64,000 nt of DNA from Candidatus Liptonbacteria bacterium. GTDB taxonomy: Bacteria; Patescibacteriota; Minisyncoccia; UBA6257; 2-01-FULL-56-20. Where the stretch lies: positions 13,327 through 77,326 of the forward strand of contig JAHFLJ010000001.1 in NCBI GenBank assembly GCA_023244935.1, written 5' to 3'. The notes beneath the pieces were generated by a model. It saw nothing but the letters and a program-made list of their open reading frames with translations. It was not told the DNA's origin and did not search any database. Below are positions 36,601 through 45,231 of the stretch, piece after piece. The stretch's first letter is position 1. Each line of letters begins with the position of its first letter. The position numbers and the translations under genes were made by a program.

Positions 36601-37203
36601 TTTTTTATAAACTCCCGGCTGAGCAATCTCGTGACTTGCCAGAGCCGTCTGACAACGAGAGCAATATGGAATAACCTTTCGCTTCTCTTTCAAAAATCCC
36701 CTATCGGCAATTGCCTTAAAAACCCACCACAAACTTTCGATGTAACTATTTTCATAGGTTACATACGGGTTCTTCATATCTAGCCAATATCCCATTCTTT
36801 CGGTTAATCTCTCCCACTCATCTTTGTATTTCCAGACAGACTCTTTTGCTTTTTCGTTAAACAAATTAATCCCGAACTTTTCCAAATCCCGCTTATTTTT
36901 TATTCCCAATTCTTTCTCTATTCCTACTTCAACTGGGAGGCCATGAGTATCCCAACCGGCGCGTCGCGGGACATAAAACCCGCGCATAGTTTTGTAGCGC
37001 AGAATTATGTCCTTAAAAGACCTAGCTAAAACGTGGTGAATTCCCGGTTGCCCGTTGGCTGTCGGCGGACCTTCATAAAAAACAAATTCTTTTTTGCCCT
37101 TTCGCTTCGATAAACTTTTCTCGAAAATTTTGTCTCGTTTCCAGAATTCTAAAACCTTTTTTTCAACTTCGGGTAGGCTAAATTCGGTGTTTTCGTTAAG
37201 CAT
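33682..37203 (-). CDS. ileS: isoleucine--tRNA ligase with an internal histidine-phosphatase (PGM-family) domain insertion
   Basis: HIGH (PPTANGQPGIHH), KMSKS, zinc knuckles CxxC (CSRCQ, WRCGDC, CDKCGG) and the anticodon-binding region are present. 1173 aa. Residues ~490-685 (LVRHTEAESN...PPGGES...VIVSHGD) form a histidine phosphatase fold between the two Zn knuckles. Confidence 0.9.
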   Translation of the reverse strand: MLNENTEFSLPEVEKKVLEFWKRDKIFEKSLSKRKGKKEFVFYEGPPTANGQPGIHHVLARSFKDIILRYKTMRGFYVPRRAGWDTHGLPVEVGIEKELGIKNKRDLEKFGINLFNEKAKESVWKYKDEWERLTERMGYWLDMKNPYVTYENSYIESLWWVFKAIADRGFLKEKRKVIPYCSRCQTALASHEIAQPGVYKKVPDPSVYVKLKVLDAGHKNEYILIWTTTPWTLPSNMFVAVGADLTYTKYKVGGDYIWSYSVPPTTQDKNGKEIFAEAVEKISGSKLVGLSYKPLFEVAGQDVQKMFKVLPAGFISTEDGTGFVHIAPAFGEEDFQLVAEHYPDIELLTTINDEGKVIAGLPGEGKFIKEADADISADLVNRGLMFSSGKIEHEYPFCWRCGSPLIYFARRSWFLEVSRLRSKLSAENEKIAWVPEHIKEGRFGEWLKEAKDWNISRERYWGTPLPIWRCGDCSAIKVIGAVSEIKENDYYKNSFYLVRHTEAESNVGGFVASGIEVGKNIAPLTKRGELQAKKTAGKLNKEKIDVIYASPMTRTSQLAREISSATGAEIIFDNRLTEINTGVFNWRPIKEYREFHGQGEERLTKTPPGGESVFDVSRRMMEFIKEINSRHKDQKIVIVSHGDPLLTLSLGMNGLPIKQFVTAKEYGFGEIRKEKFYSLPINRSGELDLHKPYVDEIILKCDKCGGRANRVKEVADVWFDSGAMPYAQNHFPFKYSGGKNVSLTDANKLMKKLEFPADYISEAMDQTRGWFYTMLATSTLLGHEAPYRNVICLGLINDKNGVKMSKSKGNIVDPWALADKYGMDAIRWYFYVVNPPGESKNFDEAELLKVYRKFHLLYYNSFVFYRTYAKGGASRSVKQSKNVLDKWILMRLSQTGNSVSENMEKYDVREAALALEAFVDDLSRWYIRRSRRRLQKPETKQEYLEASATLEKVLISLTKLSAPFIPFFSEAIFGAVKKYSGIKLESSVHLADWDKFKPITSKELEFVSAMEQARNVSSLALAERASSALKVRQPLADLYLGENAYKLLSKYEELMSIIMDEVNVKAISLKKEIGEKVELNKEISDELREEGLVRELIRGVSELRQKAELKPSNKVLLMIASTPMTSGILERWQKFILKETGATKIIFKKEPKFLTETEIKVDDGVIWLAIRKS

Positions 37204-37366
37204 ATTTTTGTAGTTAAATGATATCTAAAACCCCACCGCTCTGCAACGTGGTCGCGGGAACTCGCCAACTATCGCTTATAACTAATGGCTAGTAACTAAT
37301 ATTACAAAATTCCCGCCTTTGGTTATCGGTGATAAGTTATTAGTGGTATTCCATGCACTCCGCGTC

Positions 37367-39067
37367 CTATATTTCCTCCGGCGATTCAATTCCCAAAAGC
37401 CCGAGCCCTTTTTTAATTACCGATGAAATTGAAGTAATAAGTGCCAGATATGCCTGCTTTTTCTTTTTATTCTCCTCTTTCAGAATATGAGTAGTTTCGT
37501 AAAATTTATTCGCCAAAACTGCCAATGAGAATAAATAACCGGCTAAATTATTTGTATATAACGTTTCAGCGCTCTTTTTTATTTCCTCAGGAAAATCCAA
37601 AAGTTTTTTAATCAAATTCAACTCGAGGTCTTTGTCCAGCATCGTAAAATCTACATTCGAAATTTTTCCCCCTTTCTTTATTATCCTGCTAAGTCTTGCC
37701 CTGGTGTATTGCAAATACGGAGCGCTGTTGCCGGAGAAATCCAGCATCCGATTCCAATCGAAAACAATATCGGAGTTTCTGTTCTCTTTAAGATCATTAT
37801 ATTTAAGCGCGCCGATTCCGATTGCCTTGGCTATCTTTTTCCTCTTCACGGCGGATAAATTCATATTCTTTTTAGTAATTGCGTCTTCCGCTAAAACCAA
37901 AATTTTAGCGATTAATTCCGAAAGTTGTATGGCGCGTCCCTCTCGAGTAGAAAGTTTTTTACGATCCTCGCCTAACACTAAACCAAACTTGGCATGCCGC
38001 AATTCTGCGCCGTCGATACCCATTTTTTTAGCGACCGCGAACATCTGCTCAAAATGCAAAGTCTGCTCATTCGCCACCACGTAAATAATCTGCTCCGGCT
38101 TATATTTTTTGTTCCTATCTCGAACACTCGCTAAATCCCTTGTTAAATAAAGGCTCGCACCGTCTGACTTCGCAACCAACGCCACCGGCAAGCCTTGCTC
38201 AGCCAAATCAACAACCAAAGCGCCTTCGCTCAAAGTGGCGATGCCTTTCTTTTTCATCTCAGAGATTATCGGCGCCATCTGTTGCTCGTAGGCGCTCTCC
38301 CCAACCCAAACGTCAAAGTCTATCCCAAGCAATTTGTACACTTTTTTGAATTCTTTAAGAGACTCCTCTCTAAACCATTTCCAAAGAGCCCGGTTTTCTT
38401 TGTCGCCTCTCTCCAATTTATTAAACTCTTCTCTGCCTTTATCGTCCAGCAACGCATCCGTTTTTACCCGATCGTGAAAGTAAACGTATAATCTCAATAA
38501 TTCTTCAATTGGATTCTTCTTTACTGCCGACTTATTTCCCCAAGTCTTATACGCATAAATTAGTTTTCCGAATTGAGTTCCCCAATCTCCTAAATAATTC
38601 CAGCGGATTACTTTATATCCGCACTCCTCCAGTATGTTCGCCAAGGCATCGCCGATAATCGTCGAGCGCAAATGTCCGACATGCATTTTCTTGGCAATGT
38701 TCGGCTGAGAATATTCCACAATAACCTTCTTGCCTTTCCCGGAGCTCAACTTACCGTATTTATTTTTTTCTTTATATATATTTTTAAGCTCCGCCTGTAA
38801 TGTTTTCGGAGAAAGATAGAAATTAACAAATCCCGGACCGGCAACTTCTATCTTAGAAAAAAACCCTTTCGGCGCGGCTATCTCTAGGCTTGCTACTAAT
38901 TCCCTCCCAACCTCCTGTGGATTTTTACCCTGTTCTTTTGCCAACCTCATAGCCACATTCGTAGAATAATGTCCAAGTGTTGGATTCTCGGTACTCGAAA
39001 TCTCCGCTCCTGAAATTTCCGGAAGTTGCGACTCAACCAATTTTTTTATTTTTTCCTTTATTCTCAT
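37367..39067 (-). CDS. argS: arginine--tRNA ligase
   Basis: HVGHLRSTIIGD (HIGH) and a DALR anticodon-binding C-terminus are present. 566 aa. Confidence 0.9.
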   Translation of the reverse strand: MRIKEKIKKLVESQLPEISGAEISSTENPTLGHYSTNVAMRLAKEQGKNPQEVGRELVASLEIAAPKGFFSKIEVAGPGFVNFYLSPKTLQAELKNIYKEKNKYGKLSSGKGKKVIVEYSQPNIAKKMHVGHLRSTIIGDALANILEECGYKVIRWNYLGDWGTQFGKLIYAYKTWGNKSAVKKNPIEELLRLYVYFHDRVKTDALLDDKGREEFNKLERGDKENRALWKWFREESLKEFKKVYKLLGIDFDVWVGESAYEQQMAPIISEMKKKGIATLSEGALVVDLAEQGLPVALVAKSDGASLYLTRDLASVRDRNKKYKPEQIIYVVANEQTLHFEQMFAVAKKMGIDGAELRHAKFGLVLGEDRKKLSTREGRAIQLSELIAKILVLAEDAITKKNMNLSAVKRKKIAKAIGIGALKYNDLKENRNSDIVFDWNRMLDFSGNSAPYLQYTRARLSRIIKKGGKISNVDFTMLDKDLELNLIKKLLDFPEEIKKSAETLYTNNLAGYLFSLAVLANKFYETTHILKEENKKKKQAYLALITSISSVIKKGLGLLGIESPEEI

Positions 39068-39099
39068 TTGACAATAATTACAAAGTATTTATTATATAA

Positions 39100-39258
39100 A
39101 TTACCTCGGCTGATGCCACGGCCGAAAATCGGGTCCCGCCAAGAGAATTCTGCCGAAACACCGCTCGAACCCTCTTATTCTCACCGGCAATCCCACCTCT
39201 TACGCCCGATCCCCATTGGCAACCCCCGCGGCGAGGACACCCTCGCCGCCTTTTCTTT
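39100..39258 (+). ncRNA. GC-rich long-hairpin element ending in an intrinsic terminator (candidate sRNA)
   Basis: The 5' half (atcgggtcccgccaagagaattctgccg) is imperfectly complementary to the 3' half (cggcaatcccacctcttacgcccgat). It ends with gcggcgagg-acac-cctcgccgc + cttttcttt (39228-39258). TTGACA lies at 39068-39073 but the -10 is weak. Confidence 0.3.
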
Positions 39259-39380
39259 AGAATATCACCTCTTCGTGGTCACAACAAATTTGCCTTCTTG
39301 GCGGAACGGTATTAATTATCAGCAATAAGTCATTGGTCATTGGTTATCGGTGACCAGTTGTTTTATGTTATTCTAAATAC

Positions 39381-39818
39381 ATGTCCATTATCGCCGAAAA
39401 TCGCAAAGCCCACTTCGACTATATTATAGAAGAAACCATAGAAGCAGGCATCAAACTGCTTGGTTTTGAAGTTAAAAGCGCCAAACACGGTAAACTCGAG
39501 CTCGCCGGAAGCTACGTGATTATTCGTGGCGGAGAGGCCTGGCTGATAAATTCAAAAATTGCCCCGGAACAACCCAAAAATGCCCCTGCAGATTATGAAC
39601 CATCCCATATCCGCAAACTACTTTTAAATAAAAAGGAGATCTCTCGGCTCGCCGGCGTATTAGATCAAAAAACATATTCTGCAGTAGGCCTCTCGGCAAA
39701 AGTAAAAAAGAATTTAATTAAAATCGAAATCGGAGTTGGGCGCTCGAAGAAAAAATCCGACAAACGTGAAACTATTAAAAAACGAGAGACTTTAAGAGAA
39801 ATTCGAAGAGAGGTTTAG
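39381..39818 (+). CDS. smpB: SsrA-binding protein SmpB
   Basis: 145 aa. KAHFDYIIEETIEAGIKLLGFEVKS...KLLLNKKE matches SmpB. Confidence 0.9.
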   Translation: MSIIAENRKAHFDYIIEETIEAGIKLLGFEVKSAKHGKLELAGSYVIIRGGEAWLINSKIAPEQPKNAPADYEPSHIRKLLLNKKEISRLAGVLDQKTYSAVGLSAKVKKNLIKIEIGVGRSKKKSDKRETIKKRETLREIRREV

Positions 39819-39895
39819 TCCTTTATTTTTTGAACTTCGAAACTCACCTTCGCTGGATTTGTCAATAACACACTTTTGTGTTATTATTCAAACAC

Positions 39896-40263
39896 GGGGA
39901 TGATGGGCTTCGCCGAGAGACGGAGAGCTTCCCTGCGAGCCGAGCGCAATCTCGCAAATCTTGCACAAACTACTAACTGCCAACTTTAAAGTTGCAGCTC
40001 CTGCCTACGCCTACGCGTAACGCACGGGGATCTCCTGCCTGATTTATCACGCAAGAGGATCGGCTAGCCTTTGCCCTTTGGGTTAATACCGGTCTTATAT
40101 AAAAGGACTACTTCGCGAAGAGGCGACACGACTCTCGCGGATAAAAAATCGTGTCGTCCTGATCAAAAATCAGAACCGTTTCAAATTTATTTTTGAAACT
40201 ACGCTCGTAGACGGGCTGTCTTTGCCCCTTTCGCACGAGGGTTCAACTCCCTCCATCTCCACA
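39896..40263 (+). ncRNA. ssrA: tmRNA (SsrA)
   Basis: 5' GGGGATGATGGGCTTCGCC...GCGAGCCGAG... and 3' GGACGAGGGTTCAACTCCCTCCATCTCC-ACA are clearly alignable to Bacillus-type tmRNA. The tag ORF GCC AAC TTT AAA GTT GCA GCT CCT GCC TAC GCC TAC GCG TAA (39979-40020) gives ANFKVAAPAYAYA. The promoter TTGTCA-17-TATTAT ends 8 nt before the 5' G. Confidence 0.85.
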
Positions 40264-40266
40264 AAC

Positions 40267-40301
40267 AAAAACACCGACCATGAAGGTTGGTGTTTTTGTT
40301 T
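40267..40301 (+). terminator. intrinsic terminator after ssrA
   Basis: aaaaacaccgacc-atgaa-ggttggtgttttt followed by gtttg. Confidence 0.7.
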
Positions 40302-40376
40302 GCGAAATTAGGGGAGGGATTTAAACGGAAAGGCATCTTGCGCTAAAAAGTCCCGCGAGACGTTATTCTCCCCACC

Positions 40377-41999
40377 CTACGATACAATTGAAACCAATAG
40401 CGCGCTCAAAACAAGAAACACAAAAAAGAGAAGGAATATATAATTCTCTTGGTATGGTCTCCTGGTTGCAAACCTATACGCCAAAAAACCTGAAGGTAAT
40501 CCCAAAAAATATAAATAATAGTTAGAAAAGAAAATTGGCACCAGCAAAAAACTTAACCCCAATAGAGCTCCGGTTATTTCTACTCCGCGCGCGCCAAGAA
40601 TAACGGGAAGCGTCATTATGCCCCCGGCCCGATCTCCATCCACGTCTTTAATATCTCGCATATTTGACGCCAACGTCATCATGACAATCACCCCATAAAT
40701 TAAAATCGCCGGAAACGCGCTGAATTTTTTGTCGCCGGAAATCCAAAAGAATCCGGACAAAATTGTTGAAAGGCATGCGATAGATATGAGGAAAGAAGAC
40801 AAAATAGGAATCCTTTTAAGCCTATATGGATTCGCGGAATATACATAATAAGCAGAGGTAAAAACCAAAATCATAAAGAATGGATAGTATCCGACGGAAT
40901 AAGCTCCCAAAAGAGACGCCACGAACCAGATGTAACCAAGTTCCTTCATCTCCTCTTTACTCATTTCTCCGCTAATCAAAGGCCGAGATGGATTCGATAT
41001 CGCGTCGATTGAGATATCCTCTTTATCATTCACATGTATCGCAAAAAAACATGCCAAAATCCAAGAAGTCACAAGACACAAAACGCCTAAAACATCTACC
41101 CAGCTAAAATTTTTAATTGTTGCTTGAGCGCCGGCAACCAAAACTCCGACCCCAAGAAGACTGATATAAAAAGCTAAGCGTTCCGGCCTGGAATTTTTAA
41201 AAACCGCTAAAAATTTACTTTTTTGCTCCTTCCAAAAAATAATTAAGAAAAAAATCAGGGATATTAAAAACAGAATCTGAGAAGAAAATTTATTGAACCC
41301 AAGTTCATAAGCTCCGGTATATGTTTTTGTAGACAATGAACCGCCCAAAGCGTTTTCCGGAATTAAAGACGCATCTATTATTTTTTCGATGTACACGCTT
41401 ACTCCTGACCCTCCCGCCTCAACGTAGCCGGCCGGACTTGCCACCAGATAAACGATACTTGGAAAAGATCCGAGAATAAAAATCAGTATATAAGAGAAAA
41501 GCACGGAACCAATCGTTGCGGAAATTTTCTTTCGCTTAGTCCAAACGTAATAGCCTATAAACACTAAAATTAAAAATATCTCCACCTTCATCCCGAGGGT
41601 CACTCCTTTCGCAAAACCGAAAAACGACAAAAAACTATAAAGCAACTCTTTCGGAACCTTGAAAATATACATCATTCTTGCTCCGGCCGCCCCGCTAGTT
41701 AAAAGATCTACAAGCGGCGGTAGCCAAATAATCGGTAATCCGAAAAATAAAATATTCATCACCGAACCGCTACCTCCGGCGAAAAATTTAACCACCAAGA
41801 AAAGCCCGAGAGCGGCTGCAAGATAAAATAATCCGTAATGAACCAGCGTTCCCCCGTCCACCGTCATATATCCGGAATTTGAAGGGCTAGACATAAACTC
41901 CAAAAAAAACCTTATAAAAACCACGCCGGTAAACCCGGCCATCCACCCCAGAACAGAAGTGTGAGCTTTTTCAATGGTAGAAATAATTTTATTCAACAT
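40377..41999 (-). CDS. UbiA-family prenyltransferase domain (C-terminal half) fused to an N-terminal ~280-aa polytopic membrane domain
   Basis: HVNDKEDISIDAISNPSRPLISG (NDxxDxxxD) and DIKDVDGDRAGGIMTLPV (DxxGD second motif) are present. 540 aa and ~16 predicted TM helices. Confidence 0.6.
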   Translation of the reverse strand: MLNKIISTIEKAHTSVLGWMAGFTGVVFIRFFLEFMSSPSNSGYMTVDGGTLVHYGLFYLAAALGLFLVVKFFAGGSGSVMNILFFGLPIIWLPPLVDLLTSGAAGARMMYIFKVPKELLYSFLSFFGFAKGVTLGMKVEIFLILVFIGYYVWTKRKKISATIGSVLFSYILIFILGSFPSIVYLVASPAGYVEAGGSGVSVYIEKIIDASLIPENALGGSLSTKTYTGAYELGFNKFSSQILFLISLIFFLIIFWKEQKSKFLAVFKNSRPERLAFYISLLGVGVLVAGAQATIKNFSWVDVLGVLCLVTSWILACFFAIHVNDKEDISIDAISNPSRPLISGEMSKEEMKELGYIWFVASLLGAYSVGYYPFFMILVFTSAYYVYSANPYRLKRIPILSSFLISIACLSTILSGFFWISGDKKFSAFPAILIYGVIVMMTLASNMRDIKDVDGDRAGGIMTLPVILGARGVEITGALLGLSFLLVPIFFSNYYLYFLGLPSGFLAYRFATRRPYQENYIFLLFFVFLVLSALLVSIVS

Positions 42000-42097
42000 C
42001 TATCTTATTATAGTATTATTTGCGAAAATATAAACATTATAACCCAACTAAAAAATCGCCCCTCACAGGCGATTTTTTAGTTTGCATTTATCGAAGT

Positions 42098-42631
42098 TTA
42101 TGTAGTTAATTGTTTTTCTTTCCGCGAGCCGAAAACTGCAAGCGCGACCGCGGCGAGCAATAAAACGATTCCTATCAACTTTCTTGGCCAGACTGTCGCC
42201 CAAAGAGAAGCCAGCGCGCCTTTCTTAGCTTGGTTGTCACTCTCAGTTTGATTGCCGGAGCCTAAAGCCTCTTCGGAAACAGAAATATTATTCGCTTCCT
42301 GTGAATATAAACTCCCGGTGCCGGGATAATTCCCTGCCGAGCCATTACCGCCCGCCATATAGAGGTTCACGGCCGAAAGGCTTGATCCCAAAGAAGATAA
42401 CGCTTTAGATATCACTATTTTCTTCTCGCCGGAAAGTTCGTTTCTGGCAATCTTCGCTTCTATGTCTTTTAAAACCAAACCGATAACATCCAAAGTTTGT
42501 TTTAAAATCTTAGCCTCGGCCGGAGAAATCTCCGAACCGGAACCGACTACCTCGGCTTTCGCCTGCGGAACAAAAACAACTCCTCCTATAAAAACTAGAC
42601 CGATAAATGCAAATATAGTTATTTTTTTCAT
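42098..42631 (-). CDS. secreted/surface hypothetical protein (signal peptide, C-terminal TM anchor)
   Basis: MKKITIFAFIGLVFIGGVVFVPQAKA is a signal peptide. The body is Gly/Ser-rich. A C-terminal hydrophobic helix is followed by a basic tail. Confidence 0.4.
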   Translation of the reverse strand: MKKITIFAFIGLVFIGGVVFVPQAKAEVVGSGSEISPAEAKILKQTLDVIGLVLKDIEAKIARNELSGEKKIVISKALSSLGSSLSAVNLYMAGGNGSAGNYPGTGSLYSQEANNISVSEEALGSGNQTESDNQAKKGALASLWATVWPRKLIGIVLLLAAVALAVFGSRKEKQLTT

Positions 42632-42800
42632 GTATATTTGTTTTTTTCGGTCGACGTTTATGCAAATCAAAGAGCTAATACTGATTAAAATAATGCATCC
42701 CCGAAGAAGTTCTTGCAAGCCCCGCGACTGCTTTCTCTTACCTTGTATTCTAAATTCTATTTTCTAGGTTCTATTTTCTATCCACGTTATAATTCCTCCT

Positions 42801-43346
42801 ATGAGTGTTTTTTATACCGGAAAAGGAGATGGCGGGGAAAGCCTTCTTTGGGACAATAAAAAAATAGATAAGTCCTCAAAGGAGGTTGAATTATTGGGCA
42901 ACTTAGACGAACTAAATAGCACCTTAGGGATAATTAGAAGTATGGCAAATAAAAATTTAGCGAAGCGACTACTGGAAATCCAGCAGAATATATTTTCAAT
43001 CCAGGCGAATATTTTTTATATAATCATTAATAGAAAAAAAGAGGCACCAAAATTCGAATCCGAAAAAACAACCAATCTCGAAAAAGAAATTGCGGAAATC
43101 GAAAAATTATTCCCGCCACAAAAGAAATTTATCATTCCCGGAGAATCCCCTCTTCCCGCCTGGCTGGATTTAGCAAGAACCACCACGAGAAAAGTAGAAC
43201 GGTCCGCTTTCGTTTTCAATAAAACAAAAAAAATCCCCAAGGAAATTCTTTCATATTTGAATCGCCTCTCCAGCCTCTTTTTCGCAATGGCGCGACAAGA
43301 AGCGAGAGTTGAGGGGGTGAGAGAAAACAATCCTCAGTATAAATAA
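42801..43346 (+). CDS. PduO-type ATP:cob(I)alamin adenosyltransferase
   Basis: YTGKGDGGESLL, LLGNLDELNS and the IPGES...LDLARTTTRKVER motifs match the PduO/MMAB family. Confidence 0.75.
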   Translation: MSVFYTGKGDGGESLLWDNKKIDKSSKEVELLGNLDELNSTLGIIRSMANKNLAKRLLEIQQNIFSIQANIFYIIINRKKEAPKFESEKTTNLEKEIAEIEKLFPPQKKFIIPGESPLPAWLDLARTTTRKVERSAFVFNKTKKIPKEILSYLNRLSSLFFAMARQEARVEGVRENNPQYK

Positions 43347-43364
43347 AATGCCCCATAATTGGGG

Positions 43365-43775
43365 CTAAAGCAAAGAGCTAATAGGCAGAGGATCCTCGGA
43401 AGCATCCATCAGATTTACTCTTCGGACAAACTCCTCAAAATTGACCGGAGCTCCAAGTCTCCATCTGAGACTGAGCGTCCTAAGAAGAAAGTTTCTCTCG
43501 TCCGGCGGAAAAGCCACCGGAGATTCGTCATAGTAGGTTTTCATATATCTGAATATCCCAAGAAAATACTCCTCCTCTTCCCTGGAAAGAATCTGAACGC
43601 CGAGCCGTTCTGCAAGAAAAGATTTACTGATGACAAGTCTGTCGTTTCCTTTCTCGCCGAACATCAATGAAAAAAACAAATTCATTTTCTGTTGATAGAC
43701 TTCTATCTCCGTATCCGTTATTACCTTCACGGCTGCGGCTTTCTGAATGTCGGGATCGTCTCGAATTTCCTGCAC
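43365..43775 (-). CDS. hypothetical protein (136 aa)
   Basis: ORF only. I recognise no motif. Confidence 0.3.
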   Translation of the reverse strand: MQEIRDDPDIQKAAAVKVITDTEIEVYQQKMNLFFSLMFGEKGNDRLVISKSFLAERLGVQILSREEEEYFLGIFRYMKTYYDESPVAFPPDERNFLLRTLSLRWRLGAPVNFEEFVRRVNLMDASEDPLPISSLL

Positions 43776-43850
43776 TTCTCTCTCCTTATTTTTTTGCGAA
43801 GAACTGAGGTAGATTCTATACCATTTACAAGAATATTCAATACTCCCGAG

Positions 43851-44153
43851 TTAAGATTTTGTAATTTTTTTAATAACAGCGTCTACAAATAAACGGAAGG
43901 CTGGCCGTTTTTCTTTTTTGTAGATTATTTTCGCTCCTAACAGATGCTCTTTTTTACAGCTCAACATCTTATTATTAATAGGAACATCGGGCTTGGTTAT
44001 GCGATCAAGATACATCCTTCTTAAATTCCCCGGTCCATCCTTTTGATAAAAACAAATAAAACCTCTGCATTTTTCGCAAGAAATCTCCAATAAACGAGAG
44101 TATCCTCCTCTTTTGTTTCTATATTTATCGTTTTTTAAAACAGACTTCCTCAT
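43851..44153 (-). CDS. hypothetical zinc-ribbon-like protein (100 aa)
   Basis: CEKC...C...C spacing with a basic tail. No family assignment. Confidence 0.3.
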   Translation of the reverse strand: MRKSVLKNDKYRNKRGGYSRLLEISCEKCRGFICFYQKDGPGNLRRMYLDRITKPDVPINNKMLSCKKEHLLGAKIIYKKEKRPAFRLFVDAVIKKITKS

Positions 44154-44493
44154 AAATTTAGTATAATCACAACCTCAGAATTAACAAATTGAGTCCCTTG
44201 GGCGAGGACTCCGACCCCAACTCCTCCCACCTGTCGAGCAAATTAATTTCTGAGATTCTAGGAATTTTTCCTACCACCAGCGAGCCCCTCCAATTTTAAA
44301 GGGGTATAGCGGAATTATTTTCAGCTTGTTCTCCCGCTTTAGCGGGAGTGAAAATAATGAGCTATAGGTGCCTCTCCTGCTAGAAGGAGAGGACTCCGAC
44401 CCCTTAAAATTCGGAGGGCGAGCCGCTTTGACAGGAACCCCCAAAAATCTTATGATTAGCCAATAAAAGCCTGCGCGAAAGCGCCCAATTCCC

Positions 44494-45003
44494 ATAAAGA
44501 ACGTAAGAATAAACAATCAAATAATCGCACCGGAGGTCAGAGTTATTGATGCTGAAGGAAAGAATCTCGGCGTTTTACCAACAAGCGAAGCCCTTAAACT
44601 TGCCCCGCACGGATCCGGACTCGATTTAATTGAAATCTCTCCAACCGCCAAACCTCCGGTCGCCAGAATAATGAGCTTCGACAAATATCGCTATGAGCAG
44701 GAGAAAGTTGAGAAAAAGCAAAGGCAAGCCAATAAAAACACCGGAATTAAACACGTTCAGATTAGTGCCAGGTCCGCCCAAAATGACTTGCAGGTTAAAC
44801 TCGCCCGCTTGGAAGAGTTTATGAGCGAAGGCCATCCGATTGAGATAGTTATGCGTCTCAAGGGACGCGAAAAAGCCAACAAAGAATTTGCCGGCAAAAA
44901 ACTCACGGAATTTATGGGTATGATTAAAACCGAATACAAAATCATCTCCCCTCCAAAATATGCCGGCAACGGTTTTTCCGCCCAAATTACCAAAAAGGAA
45001 TAG
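44494..45003 (+). CDS. infC: translation initiation factor IF-3 (non-AUG start, ATA/ATT)
   Basis: The reading frame is open from 44467. IKNVRINNQIIAPEVRVIDAEGKNLGVL... aligns to the IF-3 N-terminus. The first ATG (44671) would truncate the N-domain. The ATA at 44494 or ATT at 44488 is a candidate start, as in other bacteria. Confidence 0.8.
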   Translation: MKNVRINNQIIAPEVRVIDAEGKNLGVLPTSEALKLAPHGSGLDLIEISPTAKPPVARIMSFDKYRYEQEKVEKKQRQANKNTGIKHVQISARSAQNDLQVKLARLEEFMSEGHPIEIVMRLKGREKANKEFAGKKLTEFMGMIKTEYKIISPPKYAGNGFSAQITKKE

Positions 45004-45053
45004 GTCCTTGCTTTTTCGGCAGATTTAAGTAGAATATAAAGCACTTCATAGAT

Positions 45054-45227
45054 ATGAAAAAAAGCGTAAGTAAAAGAATCAAAGTTACCAAAAACGGAAA
45101 GATTTTAAGGCGAGCTATGCGCATTAATCATTTTCGCACTCGAAAAACTACCAAGAACATAAAATCTAAAACTAAGATGTTCGGGTTAGACCATCCAACC
45201 AAAAAAATCTTAGCTACCGCTAAATAA
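45054..45227 (+). CDS. rpmI: 50S ribosomal protein L35
   Basis: A 57-aa ORF, MKKSVSKRIKVTKNGKILRRAMRINHF..., absent from the ORF track because it is under 60 aa. It sits between infC and rplT. Confidence 0.85.
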   Translation: MKKSVSKRIKVTKNGKILRRAMRINHFRTRKTTKNIKSKTKMFGLDHPTKKILATAK

Positions 45228-45231
45228 AAAC

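Noticed and set aside
33682-37203. Intein in IleS as the explanation for the extra ~190 residues.
   Set aside because: The insert lacks intein splice-junction motifs (N-terminal Cys/Ser and C-terminal HN+Cys/Ser/Thr blocks). It carries RHTE...PPGGES...SHGD histidine-phosphatase motifs instead.
39068-39380. T-box riboswitch leader for argS (also checked for trpS and ileS).
   Set aside because: No T-box consensus (AGGGTGGNACCGCG) or specifier-loop architecture is present. The argS TATAAT promoter lies ~25 nt from its ATG, downstream of the GC-rich hairpin.
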